From a virus: DNA of 64,000 bases. The translations under genes were made by a program, and so were the position numbers. The stretch covers positions 32,001-96,000 of the IMG/VR virus record IMGVR_UViG_3300025889_000073; one strand, 5' to 3'. Below are positions 8,933 to 18,326 of the stretch, in pieces. A model generated the notes under the pieces. It searched no databases and was not told the origin of the DNA. It was given only the letters and a program-made list of their open reading frames with translations. Positions within the stretch are counted from its first letter, which is position 1; each line of letters starts with the position of its first letter.

Positions 8933-9017
8933 GCGACTGTGGCGGAATAGGTAGACGCAACAGACTTAAAATCTGTCGGCTTAGGCCGTGCCGGTTCGAT
9001 TCCGGCCAGTCGTACCA
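8933..9017 (+). tRNA. tRNA-Leu(UAA)
   Basis: ACAGA-CT-TAA-AA-TCTGT, long variable arm, CCA. Confidence 0.95.
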
Positions 9018-9020
9018 ATT

Positions 9021-9097
9021 CTGACCATAGTTCAGCTGGATAGAACAACAGCCTTCTAAGCTGTGGGTCGGGGGTTCGAATCCCTCTGGTCAGGCCA
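9021..9097 (+). tRNA. tRNA-Arg(UCU)
   Basis: ACAGC-CT-TCT-AA-GCTGT, CCA. Confidence 0.95.
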
Positions 9098-9099
9098 AT

Positions 9100-9127
9100 T
9101 CCTCGATAGCTCAGTTGGTAGAGCAGT
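9100..9127 (+). pseudogene. truncated tRNA 5' fragment (Asn-like)
   Basis: TCCTCGA-TA-GCTCAGTTGGTAGAGC-AGT: acceptor 5' strand and D arm only. Confidence 0.7.
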
Positions 9128-9204
<77 letters not shown>

Positions 9205-9208
9205 TTAT

Positions 9209-9283
9209 GTGAATGTGGTCGAATGGTTAGGCACCGGATTGCAAATCCGGACTATGCAGGTTCGAATCCTGTCATTCACTCCA
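9209..9283 (+). tRNA. tRNA-Cys(GCA)
   Basis: CCGGA-TT-GCA-AA-TCCGG, U discriminator, CCA. Confidence 0.95.
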
Positions 9284-9284
9284 G

Positions 9285-9360
<76 letters not shown>

Positions 9361-9371
9361 TATATATTATT

Positions 9372-9764
9372 ATGAAGAAAATACTTGTTAATGGAACTTT
9401 TGATATTTTACACATTGGTCACATATCATTATTGAATTATGCTAAAGGCCTTGGTGATACTTTAACTGTTGCGATTGATGCTGATAAACGGGTAAAAGAA
9501 AAAAAAGGTGATAGCCGTCCAATAAATAATCAGTATGATAGAATGGTGATGTTAAATAATTTGAAATCTGTTGACAATGTTATTCTTTTTCATACTGATG
9601 AAGATTTGATAGATATAATTAAGAAACACGATGTTTTGGTTAAAGGCTCTGATTATAAAGGTAAAAGTATAATTGGAGAGAAATATGCTAAGGAATTGAT
9701 TTACTATGACCGAATTGAACCCTACTCAACAACAAAAACGATTGAATATATTGTGTCTAGGTGA
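9372..9764 (+). CDS. heptose-1-phosphate nucleotidyltransferase (HldC / RfaE domain II-like)
   Basis: GTFDILHIGH, KGxxRPIN, KGSDY and STT motifs. Confidence 0.85.
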   Translation: MKKILVNGTFDILHIGHISLLNYAKGLGDTLTVAIDADKRVKEKKGDSRPINNQYDRMVMLNNLKSVDNVILFHTDEDLIDIIKKHDVLVKGSDYKGKSIIGEKYAKELIYYDRIEPYSTTKTIEYIVSR

Positions 9765-10512
9765 TTCTTGTATTGACTCCTACCAATTTGGTAATGTCAA
9801 ACGACTAAGTCCCGAAGCACCTGTTCCAATTTTTGAACCAACTGAAAAAATTGTTTCACAAGGAATGGTTACAAATGTTGTAAATAATTTTTTGAAGTTA
9901 GGAGTTACGACTTGTTGTTTATCTGGCCAAGATTATTCAGTTAAAAAAAGATTTATCGATTCTGCTACAAAAAAACATATAATGCGACTTGATGAAAATA
10001 AAATTAGTGACCCTATCAAATTTGAAACTGTAGTTAGAAATTTGCAATTGATGAAACAAGTTGATGCTATTGTAATTTCCGATTATGACAAAGGTTCTAT
10101 TTCAGATAAGTTATTAACGGATTTAAGATTTCATCTTCCTAATGAATTTCATTGTCCGGTTTTTATTGATACGAAGAAAAAAGATTTGGCACGGTTTGAT
10201 GATTGGTTTGTTAAAATAAACAAAAGAGAATTTGATTCTGCAACATCCACTTGTAAAAATTTAATTGTAACTTTAGGTGAAAAAGGTACTTTGGTTTGGA
10301 ATGACACAAAAACTGTACCAACCAAAAAAGTTGATGTTATTGATGTATGTGGTGCCGGCGATACTTATTTGGCTGCGTTTACTTACAAATACTTATTGAC
10401 TAAAGATGTTTATGAAGCTGTAAATTTTGCACATAAAGCAGCAGCTGTTACAGTACAAAAAATTGGAGTTTATGCGCCGACATTGGAGGAAATAAATGTA
10501 CATAACTGGTAA
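9706..10512 (+). CDS. PfkB-family heptose-7-phosphate kinase (HldA / RfaE domain I-like)
   Basis: RLSPEAPVP, ISDYDKG, VTLGEKG, DVCGAGD. Confidence 0.85.
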   Translation: MTELNPTQQQKRLNILCLGDSCIDSYQFGNVKRLSPEAPVPIFEPTEKIVSQGMVTNVVNNFLKLGVTTCCLSGQDYSVKKRFIDSATKKHIMRLDENKISDPIKFETVVRNLQLMKQVDAIVISDYDKGSISDKLLTDLRFHLPNEFHCPVFIDTKKKDLARFDDWFVKINKREFDSATSTCKNLIVTLGEKGTLVWNDTKTVPTKKVDVIDVCGAGDTYLAAFTYKYLLTKDVYEAVNFAHKAAAVTVQKIGVYAPTLEEINVHNW

Positions 10513-10852
10513 AATTGATAAAGGTTGGGGACACGAAGACATTTGGGTTTCTAATGAAAAGTATTGCAGCAAGTTTTTACATTTTAAAAAAGACGCAAAA
10601 TTTTCAATGCACTTTCATGCTGAAAAGGAAGAAACTTGGTATATAATGAGTGGTGAATTTTTATTGCGAGTAATTGATTTGGATGATGCTAGTCAATACG
10701 AATTTGTTTTGACTAAAGGTGAAGTGTGGCACAATAAAAAATTACAACCACATCAATTGGTTTGTGTTGAAGAAGGAACTATTTTAGAAGTTTCTACTCC
10801 AGATTCTACTGAAGACAACTATAGGATTTTACCCGGAGATTCTCAAACGTGA
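10496..10852 (+). CDS. cupin (sugar isomerase-like)
   Basis: KGWG, SMHFHxxKEETW, PH...EVST. Confidence 0.75.
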   Translation: MYITGKIDKGWGHEDIWVSNEKYCSKFLHFKKDAKFSMHFHAEKEETWYIMSGEFLLRVIDLDDASQYEFVLTKGEVWHNKKLQPHQLVCVEEGTILEVSTPDSTEDNYRILPGDSQT

Positions 10853-11619
10853 AGATACTCGTAACTGGTTATAAAGGCTTTATTGGTTCACATATGGCTA
10901 GTTCGTTGAGTGAGCATGATGTTGAAGTTTATGATTGGGAACAACCTTATCCTGGTGTTATGGATTATGATTGGGTTATTCACATAGGAGGAATTTCATC
11001 AACAACTGAACGTAATATTGAAAAGATATTGCGGCAAAATTATGATTTTTCTTGCCGACTGTTTGATGATTGCAAAACTTTCGGAGTCAATTTTCAATTC
11101 GCTTCATCTGCTTCTGTATATGGATTAGGATTAGATTTTAGAGAAAATTCACCACCAGACCCAAGAACGCCTTATGCTTGGTCTAAATATCTTTTTGAAC
11201 GATATGCTATGAAAAATTTAGGCGGCAACATTGTTCAAATATTTCGTTATTTTAATGTGTATGGTCCTGGTGAAGAACACAAAGGAGACCAAGCCAGTCC
11301 ATTTACACAATTTGAGAGACAGGTTAAGAAAACCGGTCAGGTTAAAGTTTTCCGTGGAAGTGACGAATTCCGTAGAGACTTTATTCATGTTGATAAAATA
11401 GTATCTTTACATAAAAGTTTTTTGAATATACCGGAAAGTGGCATATGGAACTTTGGTACAGGCCGAACCATGAGTTTTATGGAAATAGCCAAAAAATTTA
11501 CTGATAATATAGTTGAAGTGGATGTACCGGAAAAATTAAAAGATAGTTATCAAAGATACACCTGTGCTGACCCAGCAAAGTTAAAATTGACTTTGAGGAC
11601 ATATAGTTCGACTAAATAG
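10849..11619 (+). CDS. ADP-L-glycero-D-manno-heptose 6-epimerase-like extended SDR
   Basis: TGxxGFIG, GGISSTTE, ASSASVYG, YxxSK, RYFNVYGPGEEHKG. Confidence 0.8.
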   Translation: MKILVTGYKGFIGSHMASSLSEHDVEVYDWEQPYPGVMDYDWVIHIGGISSTTERNIEKILRQNYDFSCRLFDDCKTFGVNFQFASSASVYGLGLDFRENSPPDPRTPYAWSKYLFERYAMKNLGGNIVQIFRYFNVYGPGEEHKGDQASPFTQFERQVKKTGQVKVFRGSDEFRRDFIHVDKIVSLHKSFLNIPESGIWNFGTGRTMSFMEIAKKFTDNIVEVDVPEKLKDSYQRYTCADPAKLKLTLRTYSSTK

Positions 11620-11681
11620 ATAGTGCCTTTAAATTATTTCTCTTTGATTTTACTATTTTTTAAAAAAGGGGAAATAATCAA

Positions 11682-12476
11682 ATGAGAAAACTTTTAGTCG
11701 CAATCGCAATGGTTACGGCTTGGTCTGGTGTTTACGCTCAGACTTACGATAGCACTACACTTGTAGATACCAATAATAATTCTACATCCACAAGTACGGT
11801 CACGAGCACGAATACAAACACCAACACTAATACGAATGTCAATACAAATGACACAACGGTGAATAGCACCTCTACGGCTACGAATACTAACAATAATACA
11901 AACACGAACACCAGCACCTCTACGTCTACAAACACCAATAATAGTACCAATACAAATACTAATACATCTACCAGTACCAACACAAATACTAACACGAACC
12001 AAAACGTGAATACTGGTGACATGACGAATCGGAACATTAACGATACGAAGATGGAACAAACCATCAAATCTCCACCACCTACAGCTGTTGCACCTTCAAT
12101 GATGAGTGGCGGTGGAAATGATTTGTGTACGACTGGTGTAAGCGGTGCTGTACAAACACAAATACTAGGTATCTCTGGTGGTTCTACTGTAAGAGATTTG
12201 AATTGTGAAAGATTGAAGTTATCTAAAACTCTTTATGATATGGGAATGAAAGTGGCAGCTGTATCTGCATTGTGTCAAGACCGCCGTGTTTTTGATGCAA
12301 TGTGGAATGCAGGCACACCTTGTCCGTTTGAAGGCATGATTGGTAATGCTGCTAAATTGGCTTGGGAGGCACACCCAAATAAAATTCCTGAATACGAAAC
12401 GAAGAAAGAAGATGACACTTTCCAAAAGATTGGCATTGGGTTTGGCGTTGCTGCTGTGCTCGGTGTCTTATTCTAA
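11682..12476 (+). CDS. secreted/membrane-anchored protein with Thr/Asn repeat and Cys-rich domain
   Basis: signal peptide, (TN)n tract, 4 Cys, C-terminal TM; TAAATA upstream. Confidence 0.8.
   Translation: MRKLLVAIAMVTAWSGVYAQTYDSTTLVDTNNNSTSTSTVTSTNTNTNTNTNVNTNDTTVNSTSTATNTNNNTNTNTSTSTSTNTNNSTNTNTNTSTSTNTNTNTNQNVNTGDMTNRNINDTKMEQTIKSPPPTAVAPSMMSGGGNDLCTTGVSGAVQTQILGISGGSTVRDLNCERLKLSKTLYDMGMKVAAVSALCQDRRVFDAMWNAGTPCPFEGMIGNAAKLAWEAHPNKIPEYETKKEDDTFQKIGIGFGVAAVLGVLF
11772..12012 (+). repeat. coding (Thr-Asn/Thr-Ser)n low-complexity repeat
   Basis: codon-diversified TNTNTN / STST runs. Confidence 0.7.
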
Positions 12477-13806
12477 CGCACAAGTAAGCACTACTGGTAA
12501 CCTAATCCAAAACAATGCTTGGACAGGTTGTTGGACACCTACGGCCGATGGCTTTTGGGGTGGGACTTCTGGTGGACCATGTCCTGGTATTAGTAATGAT
12601 GGGTATGATGGTAGTAATCAAATCATCTTTAGTTATCAACAACAAACGATAAGTCAGACCACTGCTCTGGCAAATGCCTTGCCTAACTCTGGTACTGGTT
12701 TACAAGTGAATGGTTATAACTGGCATTGGCACGCAAAGAACTCAAACATCAATGATGGACAGCCTGGTGGTTATGATACTACTGCCTACATTACTGTTGA
12801 CTTGTTGAATGCTTCAGGCTCTATTCTTGAGTCTGACAAGTATGATTATGGTTATAGGATATCGGATTGGATCAATCCAAGTGGCACAAGGACATACACA
12901 AACCCATACAGTTTATCTACGGCCGATTCAATTCGTTTAAGTGTAACTGGTAAAGATGATGGGTTCTGGGCCGGTTACTGGGGTCCAGAGTTCATGCACG
13001 TTACTTTAAATGTTAATTATTCAGTAGATCCATGTTATGATAATCCTTTATACTCTCCAACCTGTTCAGGTTTTGCCGCTGCTCTTGCTTCTTTGACGGA
13101 AACATCTACAGCAGGAACAACCGATGCAGTCGATGGTGTATCGCAAACTGTTACACCTACTACTGTAGAAATAGTTGAAGAAACAAGTAATGCAGCGGCA
13201 CCCACTATTGATGCTGGTGGTATTGAAGTGTCCACTACAGGCGAATTATCTGTACCCGATGGCATTCCTGCCGTTGTGAAAGAAACTAAAAAAGAAGAAG
13301 AAAAAGAGAAAAAAGAAATCAATTATAGTTTGATTGCAATGGTTGTCAGACAGGCAACTGATTTAACAAATGTAATGAGTGTTGTAAATCAAAGTATCAT
13401 GCAGTCATCAAGTGTTGCCTCAAATCCAATAACAACAGAACAAGAAGAAGCGATTATTGAACAGGCAACAACAAGTCAAACAACAACGACAACTGCAACA
13501 ACACAACAACAAGAAAATACAAATCAAACTGTAACGACAGAAACGACAACAGAAAAACCAAAACAACAAACAACGGTTGCTGCTAAAAAACAAGATAATG
13601 AAGCAGCAAGCGGTGGTGTTAGTATGAATGACTTTGCTAAAGTACCTTCTGGTTTTGACGCATATCAAACTCAAATGAGAGATGTAGCATTTTATGCACC
13701 AAAAGAAATTTACAAAGGTCAAACTAATGTTGATAATCGTAGAGCTATGAGAGCACTTGGATCTGATAGGTTACACCAAGAAATGGTGAGGCAACAATAC
13801 AAATGA
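12412..13806 (+). CDS. large secreted protein
   Basis: signal peptide MTLSKRLALGLALLLCSVSYSNA; DPCYDNPLYSPTC; T/Q-rich linker. Confidence 0.75.
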   Translation: MTLSKRLALGLALLLCSVSYSNAQVSTTGNLIQNNAWTGCWTPTADGFWGGTSGGPCPGISNDGYDGSNQIIFSYQQQTISQTTALANALPNSGTGLQVNGYNWHWHAKNSNINDGQPGGYDTTAYITVDLLNASGSILESDKYDYGYRISDWINPSGTRTYTNPYSLSTADSIRLSVTGKDDGFWAGYWGPEFMHVTLNVNYSVDPCYDNPLYSPTCSGFAAALASLTETSTAGTTDAVDGVSQTVTPTTVEIVEETSNAAAPTIDAGGIEVSTTGELSVPDGIPAVVKETKKEEEKEKKEINYSLIAMVVRQATDLTNVMSVVNQSIMQSSSVASNPITTEQEEAIIEQATTSQTTTTTATTQQQENTNQTVTTETTTEKPKQQTTVAAKKQDNEAASGGVSMNDFAKVPSGFDAYQTQMRDVAFYAPKEIYKGQTNVDNRRAMRALGSDRLHQEMVRQQYK

Positions 13807-13816
13807 GAGGACCATT

Positions 13817-14269
13817 ATGTTAGCAGAATTAGCCGCTATCAATGCCGCATATGGTGTTATTAAAGAAGTCGTTGGTAATGGTCAAGAATTGTATGCTGCT
13901 GGCCAACATATAGCACAATTTTTTAATAGTAAACATGAGTTGCAGAAAAAATTAAATGAGAAACCACCTGACCAAAGAAATCAATTGGAAGAATTTTTTG
14001 CATTAGAGGAAATAAAAGCAAGAGAACAAGAATTAAAAGATTTGATGATTATATCTGGCCGACCAGGTATGTGGGATGATTGGTTAAAATTCCAAGCTGA
14101 CCAAGCTAAAGCTCGGCGTGAAGAAATTGCAAAATTGGAAAGACAAGCTTATTTGAGGAGACAAAAAATTAAAAAATATTTTGATTATTTTTTAATAGCA
14201 TTTGTTTCGACAGCTGTTGTTGCTGGTATAACATGGTTAATAATTTTTATTTCAACATATAATAATTAA
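13817..14269 (+). CDS. coiled-coil protein with C-terminal TM (lysis region)
   Basis: GAGG SD; hydrophobic C-terminus. Confidence 0.7.
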   Translation: MLAELAAINAAYGVIKEVVGNGQELYAAGQHIAQFFNSKHELQKKLNEKPPDQRNQLEEFFALEEIKAREQELKDLMIISGRPGMWDDWLKFQADQAKARREEIAKLERQAYLRRQKIKKYFDYFLIAFVSTAVVAGITWLIIFISTYNN

Positions 14270-14281
14270 AGGGAGAAAAAT

Positions 14282-14695
14282 ATGAGTAATGAACTTACAC
14301 AAGCGGGTTGGCATCCGGCAGACACAAACGGAGATGGCCAAGTTGATGATTATGAAAGACAGATGTATCTAGAATTCAAACGTAAAGAACTTGAAGACGC
14401 TGATGCACAACGTGATGCCATGCGTAAAATGACTTGGTTTGCATTATTTGGAATGTTGTTATATCCAACAACAATTTTTATCACATCAGCATTTGGACTT
14501 GATAAAGCTGCTGCTATTATTGGAGATATTGCACCAACATATTTTGTTGCAATTTCTGCTTTAGTTGCTGCTTTTTTTGGTGCCAATGCTTATTCTAACA
14601 ATAAAAAATCGACAGGTACACCGCCTCCTGCGGCACCATCAGCACCAAGTGTACCTAAACCTTCAGTACCTTCGGTTTCAGTACCAAAACTATAA
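14282..14695 (+). CDS. holin-like 2-TM protein with EF-hand-like motif
   Basis: DTNGDGQVDDYE; two TMs; upstream of endolysin. Confidence 0.6.
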   Translation: MSNELTQAGWHPADTNGDGQVDDYERQMYLEFKRKELEDADAQRDAMRKMTWFALFGMLLYPTTIFITSAFGLDKAAAIIGDIAPTYFVAISALVAAFFGANAYSNNKKSTGTPPPAAPSAPSVPKPSVPSVSVPKL

Positions 14696-14704
14696 GGATA
14701 AAAA

Positions 14705-15256
14705 ATGTCTAAAAATTTGGATGACCAAGTAGACAAATTGGAAAACGCAGTTGACCCCAATACTGTAATTAGTATTGGGGGATTTAACTTTACTCCAGCA
14801 AAAATTATGATTGCTGGAGGTATATTATCTACTGTATTAGGCGGCCTTTATGGTGCATTTGAAGTCTATAAAGACTATATGGATATGAAAGAGGCAATAC
14901 AATCATATGTTACTCCTGATTTGAGTGATATAAATAAAAATATGGCTGTGTTGAAAGAACAAATGGAAGCAACCTCAAAAGAGGTAACTGTCATTAAAGG
15001 TTCAGTTGCTGAGACTGCACAATATACACAAGAAATTAAGAATGATTTAAAAGGTGATATTCGTGGTATCGAGAAAGTAGTAGAAGGTATTGAAAGGTCA
15101 ACCAAAGAACAACAGAGACAAGTTGACGCCGATTTAAAAACGGCAAGAAATGAAATGAGGGATTTACAGAAAGAAACCGATAAAGGAATCAAAGAAGTAA
15201 AAGCCGAAATGGATAAAAAAATTAAAGAAGCGCTTGATAACCCGCTTGCAAATTAA
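14705..15256 (+). CDS. single-TM coiled-coil protein (i-spanin-like topology)
   Basis: TM followed by a long coiled coil. Confidence 0.6.
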   Translation: MSKNLDDQVDKLENAVDPNTVISIGGFNFTPAKIMIAGGILSTVLGGLYGAFEVYKDYMDMKEAIQSYVTPDLSDINKNMAVLKEQMEATSKEVTVIKGSVAETAQYTQEIKNDLKGDIRGIEKVVEGIERSTKEQQRQVDADLKTARNEMRDLQKETDKGIKEVKAEMDKKIKEALDNPLAN

Positions 15257-15270
15257 TATAGGAGCAAAAA

Positions 15271-15897
15271 ATGTCTTTTGATTTTGAATTTACGCAAGAT
15301 AAACTTGCACAAATTATTCCAAATGCTGCTTATGGAGTTGATGTTTGGTTTAATGAACTAAATGAACTTTTACCCGTATTTGAAATTAATACGGCACCAA
15401 GAGTTGCCGCTTTTATTGCACAGACAGCTCACGAATCCGGAGGATATCGTGCTCTTTCAGAAAATTTAAATTATTCTGGTGATGCTCTTTGCCGAGTTTG
15501 GCCAAGACATTTCAATGAAGAAAATAAAGAACAGTATCACCGTAATCCTGAAGCAATTGCAAATCGTGCCTATCGTAATCGTATGGGTAATGGTGATGAA
15601 GAATCCGGTGAAGGCTGGGCTTATCGTGGTCGTGGACTCATTCAATTGACAGGTAAAGATAATTATAGTAGATTTGCTGCATATGCTGAAATGGCTGTTG
15701 AACAGGCACCAGAATATATTGAAACTCCCCGTGGTGCGGTCCATTCAGCTTGCTGGTTCTGGTATTCTAATGACTTAAACACTTTTGCTGATGCTGGTGA
15801 TTTTACTGGCATGACTAAACGTATTAATGGTGGTACTATTGGTTTGGAAGACCGTATTAAACATTATGAAGAAGCATTACACCTTTTTGGAGCGTAA
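15271..15897 (+). CDS. GH19 endolysin
   Basis: AQTAHESGG, ENLNYS, YRGRGLIQLTG, INGG. Confidence 0.9.
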   Translation: MSFDFEFTQDKLAQIIPNAAYGVDVWFNELNELLPVFEINTAPRVAAFIAQTAHESGGYRALSENLNYSGDALCRVWPRHFNEENKEQYHRNPEAIANRAYRNRMGNGDEESGEGWAYRGRGLIQLTGKDNYSRFAAYAEMAVEQAPEYIETPRGAVHSACWFWYSNDLNTFADAGDFTGMTKRINGGTIGLEDRIKHYEEALHLFGA

Positions 15898-15898
15898 T

Positions 15899-16129
15899 AT
15901 GAAATATATTTTAGGACTATTCATTGCTCTTTCGTTGGCATTTCCAGGTTATGCTGCAACGAAAACTCCCGTTAAAGTTGATTGTTCGGTAAAGAAAAAC
16001 GCTAAAAAATTGGAATGTAAAGAAGCACCAAAAACCAATGTGAAGGTTGAAGTTAAAAAACCAAAAAAGGTTGATAGAAAAGCACCAAAAAAAGTACAAA
16101 AAAAAGCTGAAGAAAACAATAAAAAATAA
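15899..16129 (+). CDS. small secreted Lys-rich protein
   Basis: signal peptide MKYILGLFIALSLAFPGYA. Confidence 0.6.
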   Translation: MKYILGLFIALSLAFPGYAATKTPVKVDCSVKKNAKKLECKEAPKTNVKVEVKKPKKVDRKAPKKVQKKAEENNKK

Positions 16130-16277
16130 TTGCCGCAAAGGTATATGAATTGTGTTATACTACGAACAAATGTTTGATGTTTTTGTACACTTTTGGGTAG
16201 AGTTTTATTATTTGCCGTATAGAATTATGGGTAAATTTGGATAGATTGCCGCAATAAATATCATTTTGTGATATACT
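16129..16277 (+). promoter_or_regulatory. two atypical promoters, ATTGCCGCA box with TGTG-N-TATACT
   Basis: TTGCCG 16130/16246 and TATACT 16156/16272, 20-nt spacer in both. Confidence 0.6.
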
Positions 16278-16286
16278 GATGAAACT

Positions 16287-17135
16287 ATGATTATATTTGA
16301 CTTTAACCAGGTAGCAATATCAAATTTAATGGAACAAATAGGTTCTTCCAAAACTCAGGTCGAGGAGGGGCTTGTTCGTCACATGATATTAAATACCATT
16401 CGCACCTATGTGAAAAAATTTAAGCAATCACATGGACCTGAAGTTGTCATTGCTTGTGACAATAAAAATTATTGGCGCCGAGAAATATATCCACATTACA
16501 AAGCTTCACGAAAAAAAGCGAGGGAAGCTTCTGGACATGATTGGAATACTATTTTCGAATGCCTGAATAAAATTCGTGATGAACTAAAGGAATTTTCTCC
16601 CTATAAAGTTGTTGATGTTCATACCTGTGAAGCAGATGATATTATTGCTACGTTGGTGATGAAACATTCAGCAACACAAAAGGTTATGATTCTTTCCTCC
16701 GACAAAGACTTTGCTCAACTACAGAAATACCCTAATGTTGAACAATATTCTCCAATATTAAAGAAATTTATTAAAGAACCTCTGCCTTCAATGCAGTTGA
16801 AGCAGTTGATTATTCGTGGAGATAAAGGTGATGGAATTCCAAATATTCTTTCGGCCGATGATACGTTTGTTACTGGTACTAGGCAAAAACCTATTACTGA
16901 AACAAAAATTATCAAGTGGATGAATCAGGACGCTAAGGAGTTTTGTACTGAAGATATGTACCGTAATTTTATTCGGAACGAAACTTTAATTGACCTTTCA
17001 AAAATACCCGAAAATTTGACGCAAGAGATTCTAAATAAGTATGAAAATAGTGTAGTTCATTCTAAGTCTGAATTTATGAACTACATGATTAGTAACCGAC
17101 TAAAAAATTTAATTGAAGTGATTGATGAGTTTTAA
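16287..17135 (+). CDS. rnh: T4-type RNase H / 5'-3' exonuclease
   Basis: YWRR..YKASR, EADDII, SSDKDFAQL, GDKGDGIPN. Confidence 0.92.
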   Translation: MIIFDFNQVAISNLMEQIGSSKTQVEEGLVRHMILNTIRTYVKKFKQSHGPEVVIACDNKNYWRREIYPHYKASRKKAREASGHDWNTIFECLNKIRDELKEFSPYKVVDVHTCEADDIIATLVMKHSATQKVMILSSDKDFAQLQKYPNVEQYSPILKKFIKEPLPSMQLKQLIIRGDKGDGIPNILSADDTFVTGTRQKPITETKIIKWMNQDAKEFCTEDMYRNFIRNETLIDLSKIPENLTQEILNKYENSVVHSKSEFMNYMISNRLKNLIEVIDEF

Positions 17136-17552
17136 ATGATAAAAGGTAAATTATACACCGAAATTATTTCGGAATTTGAATCGTGTGAAACAAAAAAAGA
17201 TAGGATGTCTATATTGCAAAAATATGATACTCCTAGGTTTAGAAGTTTTTTAAACTATGTATTGGATGAATCTGTAGAATTCGATGTGCAAATTCCAAAC
17301 TATCGACCTGCATTAGAACCTGCTGGATTAAACTATACATATCTTGATAATGAAATTCCTAAACTTTACAGATTCATAAAAGGTCATCCTCAACGACCTA
17401 CTGGACTAACTCCCAAAAAACAAGAACAACTGCTGGTTGTTATTTTAGAATCTTTATATAAAGATGAAGCTGAAATGCTTTGTAAATTAATACAACGAAA
17501 ATTAAAAATCCCACATTTAACAAATAAATTTATTAAAGAAACTTATAATTAA
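17136..17552 (+). CDS. T4-like phage hypothetical protein
   Basis: 138-aa ORF abutting rnh. Confidence 0.7.
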   Translation: MIKGKLYTEIISEFESCETKKDRMSILQKYDTPRFRSFLNYVLDESVEFDVQIPNYRPALEPAGLNYTYLDNEIPKLYRFIKGHPQRPTGLTPKKQEQLLVVILESLYKDEAEMLCKLIQRKLKIPHLTNKFIKETYN

Positions 17553-17555
17553 TAT

Positions 17556-18326
17556 ATGAAAGTAGCTGTGATTACTCCAACTATTGGAGCAAACACATTA
17601 TCTCAATGTGTTGAATCTGTACAAAATCAAACCTATGAAAATTTAACCCATTACATTTATTTGGATGGCGAACAACATTATGACAAAATTCATCCTATAC
17701 TTGGCGAACATTCAGGCCGAAGAACTATCAAAACTACCTCTCTGGAAGAAAATGTTGGTAAAGGTTGGTATGGCCATCGTGTCTATGCTGCTTGTTCCTT
17801 TCTCGTTAATGCTGATGTTATATGTTACCTCGATGAAGATAATTTTTATGAGCCTAATCACGTTGAGGGGTTGGTTTCTAAAATTAAAGAAGGCGCTGAA
17901 TGGGCCTATTCATTAAGGAAAATTTATGATAAACAAGGAAACTATCTCTGTGAAGACAATTGTGAATCGATTGGTAAATGGCCTGTCTATTTTAATGATG
18001 AAGTATTTCACATTGATACATCTAGTTTTGCCATACGCCGTGATATTGCTGTTCGGATTGGCCATGCTTGGTACGGCAAATGGGGAGCAGATAGACAATT
18101 TTTTGGCACACTAAAACATCACTTTAAAGATTTTGAATGTTCTGGAGAATATACACTTTGTTATAGACTTGATGGTAATGAAGGTTCTGTGAATGAAGAA
18201 TTTTTCGAAAAGGGTAACAAAATTCAATCGGAAAAGTATGACAATAAATTTCCATGGAAAAAAGAATTTTATAAAAACAATGAAAGAGGACATACGATTG
18301 GACCAGGAATCAAAATTGTCCCCTGA
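17556..18326 (+). CDS. family 2 glycosyltransferase
   Basis: VAVITPT, SVQNQTY, CYLDEDN. Confidence 0.85.
   Translation: MKVAVITPTIGANTLSQCVESVQNQTYENLTHYIYLDGEQHYDKIHPILGEHSGRRTIKTTSLEENVGKGWYGHRVYAACSFLVNADVICYLDEDNFYEPNHVEGLVSKIKEGAEWAYSLRKIYDKQGNYLCEDNCESIGKWPVYFNDEVFHIDTSSFAIRRDIAVRIGHAWYGKWGADRQFFGTLKHHFKDFECSGEYTLCYRLDGNEGSVNEEFFEKGNKIQSEKYDNKFPWKKEFYKNNERGHTIGPGIKIVP

Noticed and set aside
11694-12067. hydrophobic minus-strand ORFs
   Set aside because: Mirror of the Thr/Asn repeat
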